Part shown: positions 25,414-39,484 of the stretch, piece by piece
Position numbering within the stretch: the stretch's first letter is position 1
Layout: each line of letters opens with the position of its first letter
NCBI GenBank assembly: GCA_964247055.1
Contig: OZ176052.1
Location: forward strand, 1,860,001 to 1,924,000
Origin: Paragordius varius
Lineage: Eukaryota; Animalia; Nematomorpha
Length of the DNA stretch: 64,000 nucleotides
Direction of reading: 5' to 3'
The notes under the pieces: generated by a model
Seen by the model: only the letters and a program-made list of their open reading frames with translations
What the model was told of the DNA's origin: nothing
The model's database searches: none
Position numbers and translations under genes: made by a program

Positions 25414-25718
25414 CAGGGGTGTCCACAACCTCAGCCCTTTAAGATATTATGCGGCCCGCGGAGTTTTTGGAAATTTATCAAATTAACACAGATTTCACAA
25501 TTCGCAATAATATGGCTCAATATATCATCGTAAAATTTAAACAAATTTTCAGAATAAGTCTTTTCAATATTAGCAACAAACTACCAGAAATCGGCAAAAT
25601 CAATAGCACTTGGATTTTTTCAATAGTAGTTTTATGCTTGAAATCAAATTAAATATTTATAAATTCCCATATATATTTTCAATGCGTCCCACGAAACTGT
25701 TTGTGTTGGACACCCCTA
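25414..25718. mobile_element. hAT-Charlie-type MITE (shared with copy B 63321-63592)
   Basis: CAGGGGTGTCCA...TGGACACCCCT TIRs; GCGGCCCGC subterminal motifs; near-perfect 8-bp TSD GTATAGTC/ATATAGTC. Confidence 0.85.
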
Positions 25719-28700
25719 ATATAGTCAATTAAATATTTATTTATACATGTTAAATTTGCCCTTTTTTATATATATATATTTTTAGGTCATCACGATCGAA
25801 AGAAAATTTATGCAAAATTTTTAGATCAGTTTTTTAAAAGTGCATGCGATGCTCAAACATTCGGTATCCTAGTACCCAATCGTAAAAACAGCCTTAACAG
25901 TGTCATCAATAATCATATTATTAAAGACAAGGAATATGTTTTAAATATCCTCATTAATATGCTGTATTTAAAACCTTCGACCTTATTTCAAAAAGAAAAT
26001 TATTACAATAAAATTAATTCTGGAAATATATTATCACAATCCTTCTTACCAAGGCAATCATCAGATAACTCTTATTTGATTCATTTATTACGGAAAATTG
26101 AATCAAATTTTATGTTGGTGCAATTAATTGCACAATGTGGTAAACCTCCCTTTACAATATATTAACCTTAAACACTAATTATTGCGAATAAGTAATGTTT
26201 TTGAGCAAAGTATTACGGTATATATAATATTTTGCTAAGTATGGATATTTTAATTTATTCATTTATTTTAACATTTAACATGTAATTAAGAATATTGATT
26301 TTAGCCTAATATAATTATTTTTATTAAATCACATGCCCTAAAACAATAAATTTCAGGTTAAATATTATTAAAGATGTCTTTTTTTCATTTATTATTAGAT
26401 TACATGGATCATTTATGTTATATGGGTAATATGTTTGCTACAATACTTCAACAATTTGTTCAATTTTCTCCACCATTAATTTATATGATATGGGGTATGA
26501 ATTCAAATAATATTATATTTTTAGAGAGAAAACAATAGAAGAAATATATCAAAAAAATTAAAATTAGAAAAGATAATTCAGTTGTTTTAAAATACCAAAA
26601 GCCAATTTATTTTTTTTCATATTCTATTATGAGTATTTTATTTTTATTACAGCATTAATATTATATTTTTTTAAATTTTCAAATAGATTGGATATTAATG
26701 CCGCCGCCTACCCATCTATTTTGGATGGACAAGTGTCACTTAAAAGACTTGCTAATCGTAAACTCAAACTAAATTTATCAAAACATTACACGAAAAGTAC
26801 TACGAAAGAGAAAGAGTTTCAATTTAAACAAAAATCTCAAGAATGCCGCTTGAAACAAACCCATGAGAATATACGAACATCTACGACGAATGGTAGAAAA
26901 ACGTTTGATTTAACTATACTGCCTATTGGTTTATACATTTTATATGGAATACAAAATATGACCAGTAAAATATTTATCTGTAAATCCTTGCAAGATTCAC
27001 GTCTATGGTCCCATGTTTTTAGGTTATACTTTTTTAATTTTATTTATTTTTTGTAAATTTTATTTAAAAAAATTTAATTCTTTGATACTATACCGTTAAT
27101 ATTGAGCCAAAAACTAAAAATATGGAGCAATATTATTTGAGCGCTTTAAAAAAACATGTAAAGTTTTTCAAATTATCTAAATCTTTTCCCTACAATGTTT
27201 TTTTGTAATTTTTTGTTAATTACTAAGCGTTCAATATATATTTATTATTTAATTATATAGTCTCTTAGAAATATTTATCAAAAAAAATTTCATATGTAAT
27301 CATATAATGTAAAATTATTTTTTGGTTTAAAAATGTAATAATGCTATTTTCAAACATTCTTTTTCCCAATTTTTTTTAATAGATTTTATGGAATGATTGT
27401 TCGGATAAAAGCATTTTTTGAAATGCCAAGTACGCATTTAGAACCATTTGTTAAAGATGTAAGGCAAATTTTGTGCCCTCATCAAAAATATGAAAATACC
27501 CATGAAAATAATAGGTAATTTTATTATTAATAAATAGCATTTTAAATATATGAAAATTAAATATTCAAATGAAATTTCGGAATCGTATTGGACACAAATT
27601 AAAACAATAAAATTTTATTTTTTATCTCATATTTCGCAACCGTAAATCTTTATATTATATAGAAACAAATTAAGAGACTTAGAATATCGGTGTCAGTTTT
27701 TATTTCAAGACAACTTTTTACGAAAAAACATGCTTACATTTACAGTTTGGCATTTTAATGACTGCTTATTTCACTTTATAGTAAGGCAATTTGCAACACA
27801 CAGTATTGTATGGAAAAAAACGACTAAAATGTTGAATAAACAATTATTTCCTTTGCTTTTTCAATACACTTCCTTTAATGTGAAATAAGCAACCATTTTA
27901 AGGCATCTACTGTATTTTTCATGTTTTAAGATTTTTATTTCCATTATTTTTCATATCATAATCATTTATTTTTTGATATTTCCAATATCCAATCCATATA
28001 CTCACTAATTTTTGTAGAAATGAAAATGAAAATCAATTCACAAAAATAGGTGATATCAATACTTCAAATACTGATTCCACATTTTTTTATGATACACTAT
28101 TATCACTTATAAAGTTTGGCAATGAATGTACCCTGCAAGATTTATCCTACAAAAATTTTATGCATTGGATATATAATTTAGATCGTGTTCATGATGAATT
28201 CAAATCGAAATCATCACCTCATAGCACTAATAATAACCATAGTAATAATATAAATAAATTTCCATTTCATCTTTTCTCACCTGCGATTAATGCCCTTTTC
28301 AACCAACTTAACAAGTAAATATTTTTTGCATTTTGCTAAAAGCTTGACAGCTAAAATTGATTGATTGGGCTTTAATTTAAATTAGGTTGTTTTTTATTTT
28401 CTGGTATTTACAGCCTACGCGTGTCTAAAAATATCAAAAGAATTTTAAATAAAAAAAATTCTAAATTTAAGTAAAAATGATAAATCTTAAACAAATTTTA
28501 ATTGAATACAACATCTTGCCAAATTTTGGCAATGAACTAACAAAAATTGTTATAAATGGTTTAGTTATATTTAACTTTTTTAAATCGATATAAATTATCA
28601 ATAATCCCGCTTAAAGTTTACATGGTTACGCTTGTTTATATCAAAGATAACCGGATAGCTTTTTTTATCTAGGAGATAAAACAAACGATATTATTTGCAA

Positions 28701-28994
28701 TTCAATCTGTTTTCACATGATTCTAGATAATAGTGGATAAAAATGTATAGCATAAATAAAATCTTATCATTATTTTTCAGTCAGTCAATTATTAAATGCA
28801 AATTTTTTCATTTTCGCTCCTTAGAGTTCTTCAAGACCTTTATATTGGGATCGAGTTTGAAAAATTACTAATTTTGGGCCAATCACTGCATTCATATGCC
28901 TTGTATCATATACAAGCTTACCGAGATAAATATACAATAATCAGCAGAAAGGGTATTTTTTATTCATTTTAATTATCATTTCCTTTTTTTAATA

Positions 28995-29283
28995 TACCAT
29001 TTACAATTTATATTCACCCTTGAACAATTCAAATTCACCCTGAAAATAAATTATGTGTTTTCGGGCTAATATAACTCATCATAAATAATAAATATATTCT
29101 TATAACATAGTTTATTTATTTTTTCGATATTATTATAATTTTAAACGTGACATCATTTTTTAAAAATATTTCAAAATAAGGGTAATTTTTAATCTTAAAA
29201 AACACATAATTTATTCTTGGGTGAATATGGATTGTTTGAAGGGTAAATTATAATTGTTTAAGGGTTTTGAACTGTAAATGGTA
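28995..29283. mobile_element. Same 21-bp-repeat MITE family (intronic)
   Basis: TACCATTTACA...TGTAAATGGTA ends; the interior matches 14925-15320 in the opposite orientation. Confidence 0.85.
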
Positions 29284-30011
29284 TATAACCGCTGCTTTAA
29301 ATTACTTCTACTAGAAACATCAAAATCAAAGTCAAGGACAGCTAATGAGAATCCTGTACAAGGGCATTCAAAACAACAGTCAAAAATGGAAAAATATTTT
29401 GATTTATACCATATAAAATGGATCATTAGTCAAATATATGAGCTTTTACATCAAACACTAAAATCGGGGAGACCATTGATACAAATTATGAATATTTGGC
29501 AAAATTTTTATCTTAAAACGATGAAACAGGTTGGAGAGAGAAATTTCATTTTTTTATTTTAATATTAATAATCAGTAAAAATTATGTCTACAGAATTTTT
29601 TATATTATAATTTATATATTTTTTTAAAACATTGATGATAATTAAAAAATTGGCATTTATTAATAAATTTAATACTACTATAAATTGTAGAAGAAATTTT
29701 TTTATAGAAAAGATTTATATATTGATTTGACTAAATATCAAATGTACCATTTTAATATATAATATTGCTTATATTCTATACTATAGATGGTATATATGGG
29801 TTGGGAGATAGGTTGGGAATACTGTAAAACTGTATTAGATATTAATCAAAGGTTAATTGACGCTTTTAGTTCTACGTTTGCAGAACAGCCAGGATTTCAT
29901 ATAAATCAAAAGGTAATTTTTTAAATAATTTAATCATATATATCGTTATCAAATGGGCGAAATCTTAAAATAAAATTCATGATTGATATGTTTTTTAGAT
30001 TTTTTTGTGAT

Positions 30012-30175
30012 TACAGTATGCATTTTAATGGTTGCTTATTTAACACTACAGTAGTGTATGGAAAAAACAACGAAATGGTGAATAAACAATTACTTCCTTT
30101 CTTTTTTTCCATACACTCCTGTGTTGAAAATCTACTTTAGTGTGAAGCAACCATTAAAATGCATACTATACTGTA
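30012..30175. mobile_element. Tc1/mariner-type MITE, about 170-190 bp (also 27741-27914 and 38211-38402)
   Basis: TIR TACAGTATGCATTTTAATGGTTGCTTATTT with a shared interior (GTATGGAAAAAAC...TGAATAA.CAATT) in three copies; TA+CAGT ends. Confidence 0.8.
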
Positions 30176-30404
30176 TATGATATTTTGGCATATTTTATTG
30201 TATTACTTACTTATTAGATACTGTCCATATACTATGAATTTATGATGTTGGCTTTGGATAATTCCCACATTACTTTAAATGAATCTCCTCCTCGCGTTGA
30301 AAGAAACAATATGTGTCGACAAAAATTTATGGCTAAGGTAGTAGGTTCATTTATTTTTGCGTCTAAATATTTTTTCTTTTTATAAAATAATTTTTTACAA
30401 GTTC

Positions 30405-30440
<36 letters not shown>

Positions 30441-30535
30441 TGATTAAGCTTATATTTTGACGAATTTTTAGCCTTTACTCATTAAAAATACCTTGGAATT
30501 TTATTTAAATGCTTTTGTCATTGGTAACTTTAATA

Positions 30536-31188
30536 TACCATCAAGAGTGTCCTTGAACAGTACAGTTCAAGTTGGTCCTTGAACATTTCAAGTTGGTCCT
30601 TAAACACTTCAAGTTGGTCCTTTGGTTTTTTTGTTTTGTTTTTAATTTTTATCAATCAAATTGTAAATAATATATCTATTTTATTGTTTTTAACCTATTT
30701 TCTATTATTTAACATAAATTTTAAATCGATATCAACTTTTAATCCTTGAGAATTTCTTAAAATAATTTTGGATATTTATAAGATTTTAACACGAAATGAA
30801 AAAATATATAAGTTTTCTGGGTTATTAATTAAAATTAATCATTAAAAACATTTAAAAGTCAATAATTTTGTTCAATTGAAATAAAATAGTTTGAAACAAA
30901 AAAGTAGTTTTTCAATAACATTTTTTATTTTTAAATGAATAAATATATAATAAATAAAGAAAATTAGGTAAATAAATAAAAAAATAAATGCAAAAATTAT
31001 AGTTAAATCAAAATTTATAAATTTTAAGGACCAACTTGAAGTGTTCAAGGATCAACTTGAACTGTTCAAGGATCAACTTGAACTGTTCAAGGATCAACTT
31101 GAACTGTTCAAGGACTAACTTGAAATGTTCAAGGACTAACTTGAAATGTTCAAGGAAACTTGAAGTGTTCAAGGACACTCTTGAAGTG
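30536..31188. mobile_element. Related foldback MITE subfamily with asymmetric 21-bp repeat arms
   Basis: The left end TACCATCAAGAGTGTCCTTG is the reverse complement of CAAGGACACTCTTGA near the right end. Unit CAAGTTG(G/A)TCCTTGAACAGTT occurs about 3-4 times on the left and 7-8 times on the right. Confidence 0.85.
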
Positions 31189-33768
31189 CAAATAATATAT
31201 GTATAATTTTACATAAATATATATACATATATAATATCATAGATATTTGAACAAATTTACTCGATTATTATTGTGGTCTCATCTCCGGCCCAACAACCTT
31301 CAGAGTTTGAAAACAGACCTTTTATACCGCAGAATGATAATAATATTAACACTAACAATACAGAACACAATTTAGGCTCTGGCCTAATTTCCATACTAAC
31401 TTGCTTGAAATTATATGTAATTGCGTTTGTGGAAAAACACTGTAGTAAAATAAATTCGTATAATTTGAAAGAAAATTTAAGCTCACCTCATAGTTATATA
31501 CCTAAGGGGTATGATTTAACCGCTCATGAATGTTCAACCATACTTATGTTAACTAAAGTATTAACTTCTCTTTCTGCCTATTTGGATACTTCAAACTTTG
31601 GCATTTGCAAAGAAGAAATTATAAAATGGTCTGAAAATTTAATGGATTTCCTTAGTCGATTACTGCATTATGGCTATGTCCAAAATTTTGTATTTGACAA
31701 TATTCCATATCTCTATTTCGGCGACAATACTAAAAATGTGGATAGACAAGTTATTGAAAGTATATCATTTTAAATGAATTTTATGCAGTTTACTGTAAAA
31801 CTCTCTGCGAATCTATATATGTAATGTTTGAAAAATTAAAAAATATTTTTTGCATTAACATATTGATAGGGATTGTTAGTACTCATGAATTTTTGACGCC
31901 ATTATGCCATAAATGGACACAGATTTTCATAAATTTGTGCCAAAAATCCGCAAATAATGTCTTACATTCGGATGACAAATCTTTAAATTACCCGGAAGAG
32001 TATAAAAATAAAATTTAAATTTTTTTTGAATTATGTTTAGACATTTCAATATAAATTATTTCCATAGACTTTTAATTAACTTTCGACAAAGACGCGAACA
32101 ATACTTGAAGAATCATATATCGCAATCTGCAAGCAACATAGATTTCATTGCATTTTCTACCCTAATTACTGATTATGACGATATATTTATGGTAAGTTTT
32201 AGAACTGATTTTAAAAAAAATCATAAATATTTTTTTACCTTATTTAAAAGAGCCTTTTATATATATAATTTACTTTTTATTAGCCAAATATGAATACTTC
32301 AAACTCACCCGATAACGGTAAAATTGATAAAACGGAGTTATGTTTCAATCCAAATGCAAATTTTACCATATCGAATTCCGTCTCAAAATTTTTGGATGGT
32401 ATCTTTGATTTAGCTCTAAATCAATATTATTCGCAAGCTAGAACTAAAAAACCAAAACTAAATGGTATGTATGTTAAATATTTTCTAAGAATATTTTATG
32501 ATTGTAATACAAATATTCAAAATTCAACTAAAATGTTCTTTAGATCATGAATCCATATTTGAAATGATTAGGCAAGATTTGTCACAACAAGGCATTAACG
32601 ATAATAACGAGTTATTAATTAATAATACATATCTCGTCAACTTTTATATGGTGGCATTTACCAAACTAAATGATTGTATTATATCCGACACATTTTCACA
32701 TAATAATATGAGTATGAATATTAATAAGGATGATATTTGCCTAGGTAATACAATTCCAAAAAACGGTGAAAAAATGCATAAAAATTACATAGCAAGTCGT
32801 GTGGAAAATGTTAAAAGCTTGCTTGCAATCCTAACTGATTCTATCTTGAAGATAACTGAGAAATATTTCGTAAATGAGAAGAAAATACTAAATAGGTCGT
32901 TTCAAAATTTACAACCACAGATTAAGGAAACCATCAACGTATGTTTAGAGCTAAATTCCCAATTATTAAGCACATATACATTGGCTGTATGCAATGATCG
33001 GAGTTTTGCCCTTACCGCGTCTAGCATAAGTAGTTTAAGGTACTTTTTTATTTTTGAAAATTTCAAACATCAAAAATGATTTTTTAATATTGTTAAATTT
33101 TGAAACGACATAATTAAACCGCATATATGGGTGGGAGCTTTATTTTAAAATAGGTGTCTATCTTGAGCGGTATAGTATTCCATAAATAATTTAACCCTTA
33201 CCTGTTAAAATTTCTTTTATGCTTTCTCTCAATTCAATATATATATATTACACCATTTAGACACTATTTATTTCAATGGTCATCATCGTTTTTTAACAAT
33301 GCAATATTGTCCAACACCCATCCTGATTCTACATTTGTGTCCAATAATAAAAATATAAGTTCCACCAACATAATAAACATTGATAATTTTGGCAAAAAAC
33401 TTTTGATTGATCAAATACTGTTGTGTCTTTCGGCTTGTCAAAACGATTTATTGCATAAATGTCAATTGATTACAATCATTTTTGAACCAGGAAATTGGAA
33501 TATGAATGGGAATGAATTAAATTTCGATATACGATTGGGTGTTTTAAAGCATACCAACAAACAAAAAGTAGTACCAATTAACCATAATAATAATTTTGAC
33601 AATTTACCTTGTGATGATAGAAAAACAATGGTTAAAGCAGGAAATAAATGGGTTAAACGTGAAACAAAGTTACGAATGGATATGATAAAAGAGGTGATAT
33701 ACTATATAATGATATTTAATTTTATATTTCTTAAGACACCTAAAAATGTTTAAAATTAAAATCATTTG

Positions 33769-34025
33769 TACAGTAAAAATTGAAAAAATATACAGACAAA
33801 TATTTTTTCTAACAGACAAAACCATACTTTCTAAATCTTGATATTAATATAAATCATTGTTTTAAAGTGCAATGTATTAAATAGAGATGTATATTAATAG
33901 CAATCAATTATGCATTTTATGATTGTAATTTATTAATTTTTATAAGAAAAATCAAGCTTTAAAAAAATCTCGTTTTTTTCTTTATATTTTTACGTTTTGC
34001 GCGTATATTTACATTTTTTACTGTT
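33769..34025. mobile_element. Second TACAGT-ended MITE family, about 260 bp (also 37360-37630; remnants about 17840-18090 and 18870-18950)
   Basis: Imperfect TIRs ACAGTAAAAATT...GACAAA / TTTTACGTTTTG...TTTTTACTGT and a shared AAAAGACAACCATA motif. Confidence 0.55.
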
Positions 34026-37000
34026 CTCATAAAAAAGGCTTAATTTAATGTTTATATTAAAATCTAAATTTTTATAATGAATAAAATTATTTTATGATGT
34101 TACATAATTAGGTATTTTATTTTGACAATGAAAACTCTGTCATAAAAAGTGCTCATCTACCAGCAAATGCTCTACATAACGATTCTCCTAAGTTGGATGA
34201 AATTATAAGTATATCCGCATCAGGCAAATACACTAATTTAAAGTATTTTACATTTATTATTACGTTTTATTTTAACGTTTTTTTTAAATTGTGATTTTGA
34301 TCAAAAAACATGTAAGAATCAAACATATATTGTTGCCTCAATTCAAAAAAATAAATTATATGTATAGCATGCTTTAACACTAAATTTTCTGTAGATTACA
34401 AAAATAATTCTTGAGATTTATGATATATATAAATATATTCAATCATTTCTCCACGTATTTTATTTTTTTCGTCTCTTAGATTCACAATGTACATTGAAGA
34501 ATTTGTTAATTCATTACTGGCAACCTGGTTATATACCCAATTATTGGGTGATTTAGCCTTAAAATTTTGTCAGAGTCATTACATAATAAATACGGCGCAT
34601 TTTAACACTGTGCCCAGTCAAGTCAATCTTTTTATTGATCGCAAACAAGGGGGAACAACCATAAATAATATGAATATATCGAAAGGATTGAATGAGTCAT
34701 CTAGATCACATTACGAATGTTATGATGGAAAATTATTAAAGTAATGAATTTTTATTATAGATATGACATTTTTTTAAAAAATTTATTAGTTGGCCATTTT
34801 TCCGTAATAATAATATATATTTTTTGCTTTTATCTTGGTCCTAGATATTAAGTATGATGATTTAAAGTTTGCGATATTGTTGCAAATGACTTTATATGGC
34901 TGAAACTTTTTTGGTATTCTAATTTTTTTTCTAAATACTCAGTATTAGAAAAATAGCAATCAAAAGGCGACGATTCTAAAATGTATTTGTGATATTTTAG
35001 TTGTTAAATAATAAGTAACTTAAAAAAATAATTTTTGCCCAAATTATACATAATGAATTGTAATTATCAAAACGCCAATATATATATATATATTACCTCT
35101 TATTTTTAGCTTTTTATTGCATGCGCTAACCCAAACATACCATTTAACGTGTGCGTTTGATCGAAGACCTGGTCTCAAATTTTTACTTAAGCGTTGCTTT
35201 TATATTCATCAATCCCAAATAATATCCGCTAAAAATAGTAAGGACAATTTTAACCATAAAAATAGCGGCAATCCATATGAAAGTGTCCAAAATTCTAATC
35301 AATCCTACTCAAAGAGTAATTTGGAAAATACTGAATCAACAACTATTTTACCCAATCTATATAGGGTTGGAAGTTTAGCATTTGCTTACTATGGATTAAT
35401 TTTATTCCACCTGTCTGTTAAAAGGTATATTTGAATTATTATTCTAACGAAAAATATTTTTTTCAATTTAATATCAACACACAAAAGACACCAAAATATA
35501 AACACCCTATTTAGTTAATTGTCAAATTTTATTTAATGTCCATATATTAATTTTATGAACATTTTTTTCGTAAGTATAACTAAAAAAATATTTTAACATT
35601 TTTTAAATGATATTTTAAAATAATTTGCTCTCGTTACCATATATACTCAGAAACGATATTGATGGCCTTACAAACGGGTACTTGAATGATGATTGCAAAT
35701 TATTTTTGAGTTTTTTGGATTCTCTCCTCACATTTTATTGTGTGCTCAATAACCAAGATATAAGGTATTATTATTTAATAATAGTTTTCCATTTTTACTA
35801 TTCTTAATTTAATTTAATTAATAAAATCATTACAATATTATCCCTATTGATATATTTGATTTGCAATTAAAGTTTAGCATTTCTTAATGTTTTTTACTGG
35901 ACATAATTAAGTTATACAAAGGAATCTAGATAGCATTTTTCAAGTCTAATAATTTAGGCATATTTATTTTCTGACTATATCATAAATTAAAAATTTGAGT
36001 ATTTTAAATATTATTATACTTTTTGGCTGTTTTATATTTAAATGACTAAATAATTTAAAAATTTATTGTTGATATTATTTTTTGTATGGAGATGAATAAA
36101 GTCAAATAAATCCCGAAAAATAATTATACCCTATGCAAATTTTAGCTATACATTTATATACATATATAGAAAACCATCCTTAGTAAAGAAAAATACGAAT
36201 AAAAATAAACCCTTTAATAGTTCTACCACACCACTGACATTTGCCAATCTTTTTTCCAACACTCCCGTCCCTTCAAATAAAAATATTACATTGTCAAACA
36301 TAACTACACGCGGAATAAAATCTTCGATTTCCGCCCCTAAAAGATTGGATAAAAATCAAAAACAACCCATAATACGGAAACAGAAAAGCCTTAATTTGGA
36401 ACAGAAAACAAGCCCTGTCGTAAACATTCAACATTTCGATAAATTTATTATGCAACACCATCCTCGACAAATTGAATGTCATTTGAATTCTTTACAAAAG
36501 GTTATTTGACACAAAAAAAACTCTTTGAGTTTTTTTATTTTTGTCAATATATTAAAATATATTCTATCTTTCCTTTAAATAGAAATATAGGGGAATCGAA
36601 ATTGTCGAATTTGCAATTTTTAAAGAGCTTTTTTAGAATTTTTCTCAAAAAAATCTATTGAAAATGCCGTTAACGCTTTTTTAAAATTTTTTTTACTGAA
36701 ACTGAAAAAACCATCACTTCTGAAGACATTTTTAATCCCCATAATCTATTTAACTTTTGTTGGTTATATTTTACATTTATTATGATTAGGACAATGAAAT
36801 GCACAAATGTATATGGATGAAAATTACGTTTGCTTTCCTGGAACTTTTAGTTAAGGAGAAAATACATTTATCAGACATGTTTGTTAATCAATTAAGTCTC
36901 GTGTTTCAACAATTCACTCATATCACTGATTTCACGCATTATTTTAAAAAAATTATTGTCAATTAATATTAAATTTACAAAATGTATATTTAATCTTAAA

Positions 37001-39484
37001 TAAATATATATTGTCTTATCAGAATCTAATTTGCCAACAGAAAATTGAGCCTTTTTACATAACATAATCGATAGAAATATACCATTTACACCTCAAATTT
37101 ACTCTTGAACATTAATTCACACTAAAAATAAAGTATATTTTTGGGGGTAATTTGACTCAGTATTGATGTGAATTTTTTCTATATTATGTAGTTTATCATT
37201 TTTCAATTTTCTTTAAATAACAAAATATAGGTATTTTTTATTTTTATAACATTTTGTTTTTAATTTGTGTTTGTGGGTCAATTTGAATTTGTCAAGGGTG
37301 AATTTAAAATGCTTAGGGGTAAATTCGAGGTATTATTGGTATATATAAACAAATAATAGCACAGTGAAAATTAAAATTATGCGGACAAAACTTTTAAAGA
37401 CAAATTTTTTTTAAAAAAGACAACCATATCTTTTTAAACCATAATTTATCCTTTAAAATCATTTAATTACAATCATTGTTTTTAAGCTACTAAATTAACA
37501 TCTTTATTTTTTGTTTTGTAGTTCAAAAAATCAGTTATTAAAACAATAAAAATTGTGGAGTTGTCTTTTGAAAAATAATACTGACTTTTTATTTTTACGT
37601 TTTGTCCCTATAATTTCAATTTTTATTGTATATTATTGAATTGAAAACGGCTTTAAACCTAGCAAAGACACCGAACTAAACAATTTTTGGTACAAAGTTT
37701 TATGTGAATTGGCCATTTTTACCTTGTTGTAAAAATTACCCTTTTAGGTTTTTGTTTTGTTAAATTTTGATTTTTGCATGTAAAGATATCAAAAATGATT
37801 TTATTTTTTCCCATAAAGCTTACAATAAACCGTAAAAAATTTGTGTCAAATGTCCCATGCATGCATTCTATTTCGATATGAATTTAACAGAATTATTGTG
37901 CCATATCGATGAAGTTTATCTTATATCTTATGATTAAAAAATAAGTTTTTACACAATATTTATATGTAGAATGAGCCAGATTTTGACTATGGTTTGCGAT
38001 AAGGGGTTATATATATATAATTCTTTGCATGGTATAATTTAGCGTAAAAAAGCAAAACTTTAAGAACTCATTGAGAGTCAGTTTATAAATCTATCGAATC
38101 AATTTGGGTTGACAATATTGAAATAGGATTTGATAAAAAGCTCCACAAACTATAAATTTTCCATGTTATACCTTTTGGACTATTTAAATTGTGGCCGGGT
38201 TTTTTTAATATACAGTATGCATTTTAATGGTTGCTTATTTCATACTATAGATAGATGGTCAATTTTTAGCACAGTAGTGTATGGAAAAACAACAAAATGT
38301 TGAATAACAATTTTTTTCTGTCTTTTTTCCATACGCTCACTACTGTGTTGCGAATTACCCAAATATAGTGTGAAATAAGCAAGCATTAAAATGCATACTA
38401 TATATCTTTCTGAGTTTAACATATTTCAAATTACAAGGCGGCATCGAACCATGCGAAAATGTTTTAAAAACAGAAGCCGTGCCAATATAAATATAAAAAT
38501 GGCGCGTTTACCTACATAAGTTTATATGTTTTTGCCTCAGAAAAAAAGGCTGTTATATTATTTTAACATTTTTTTTTACATACATATTCAAATTGAAATA
38601 TTTTGATATATTTAATATTTTTACCATAAAAGGATTATTTATATAAGATATGATCATAACCATTTTATAGGACTCAATGAAAATATGCATTTAAAACAAT
38701 AAATGGACTGTCGATTCCGGGGGTTGCATTAAAATATAAAAACGGTTCTTGATCAAATGATTTGGGAAGCCGCTTTTAAGTTTAATTCTATTTCCATTAT
38801 TTTTGTTAAAAATAATTGGGGATCATTTCACTCTCATTAAGATAGATGTATTTCGTTGCGCTAAAATTAATTATTGCTAAGTAGTTTTTTATTTGGAATT
38901 GACATTTTTAACATATTTTCCATTATTGGGAGTACTAATTTTATTTTATAATAAACTTTGTATAATACTGTATTTCAATTATTTTTCTTTACGTTGTTTA
39001 AATTTTAACCTTTTGAGATGTGTTAACCTATAGATATCTATTTCAGGAGTAATAAAAAAATAATCATTAACCAATTTTCTTTTAAAATATGGGCATAAAA
39101 ATACTTTCATAACTCAAATGTAGGCACCAAAATTATTCAAAACAATGTAACCAAATTTAAAATATTTGTTTTAGAGAACGATACACCATGGTTTAAAACG
39201 CTATTTAAAAAAGCTAATAGCTCCGGTTCTATACAAACGGTTTTGGTTTGAATCCGGATATAAATTCTACGGTCATTTTATTAGAATTGATTTTAAACAA
39301 AAAAAATCAAACTAATTGCATTCCAATCAGTTCCGATTTTAAACTGACTCGATGTTTAATAAACATCGAAAACTAATTATATCATATAAATTTAATTATA
39401 ACAAAATCATTAAAATTTATTTACAATATTTTAATAATAACATAATCATTAACTAAATACATACATAAAAACATTATTATAAAA

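Larger units (their letters stand above)
1..26128 (+). repeat. Tandem segmental duplication, copy A (part alignable within the window)
   Basis: CATAACCATTT(T)ATAGGACTCAATGA at 1 recurs at 38655. The end of the window matches 26091-26128. Satellite, RVxF gene, BIG3-like exons and shared MITEs occur in the same order in both copies. Confidence 0.95.
14010..36966 (+). pseudogene. ARFGEF3: BIG3/ARFGEF3-like large multi-exon gene, copy A, with an in-frame TAA at 17633-17635 (about codon 191)
   Basis: Exons 14010-14082, 15492-15537, 16081-16159, 16266-16454, 17125-17196 and 17522 onward splice in phase. Motifs match recalled BIG3: MDDIF..SDSVIFKAIE; RLKYIEILDLMVKS; GETDSEK; LLQTYET...IRINIFQM; KSGRPLIQIMNIW; EQPGFHINQ; FDRRPGLKFLLKR...PNLYRVGSLAF; terminal HITD. 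Last exon 36790-36966. Not every internal exon was resolved. Confidence 0.7.

Noticed and set aside
25194-25652. ORFs 25194-25442 and 25449-25652 (and 63100-63440) as separate genes
   Set aside because: They are a BIG3-like exon read through into intron and a Charlie-type MITE.
37640-38200. Short exon-like islands after the BIG3-like gene
   Set aside because: There is no paralog in the window to test against, and no consistent spliced frame could be built.
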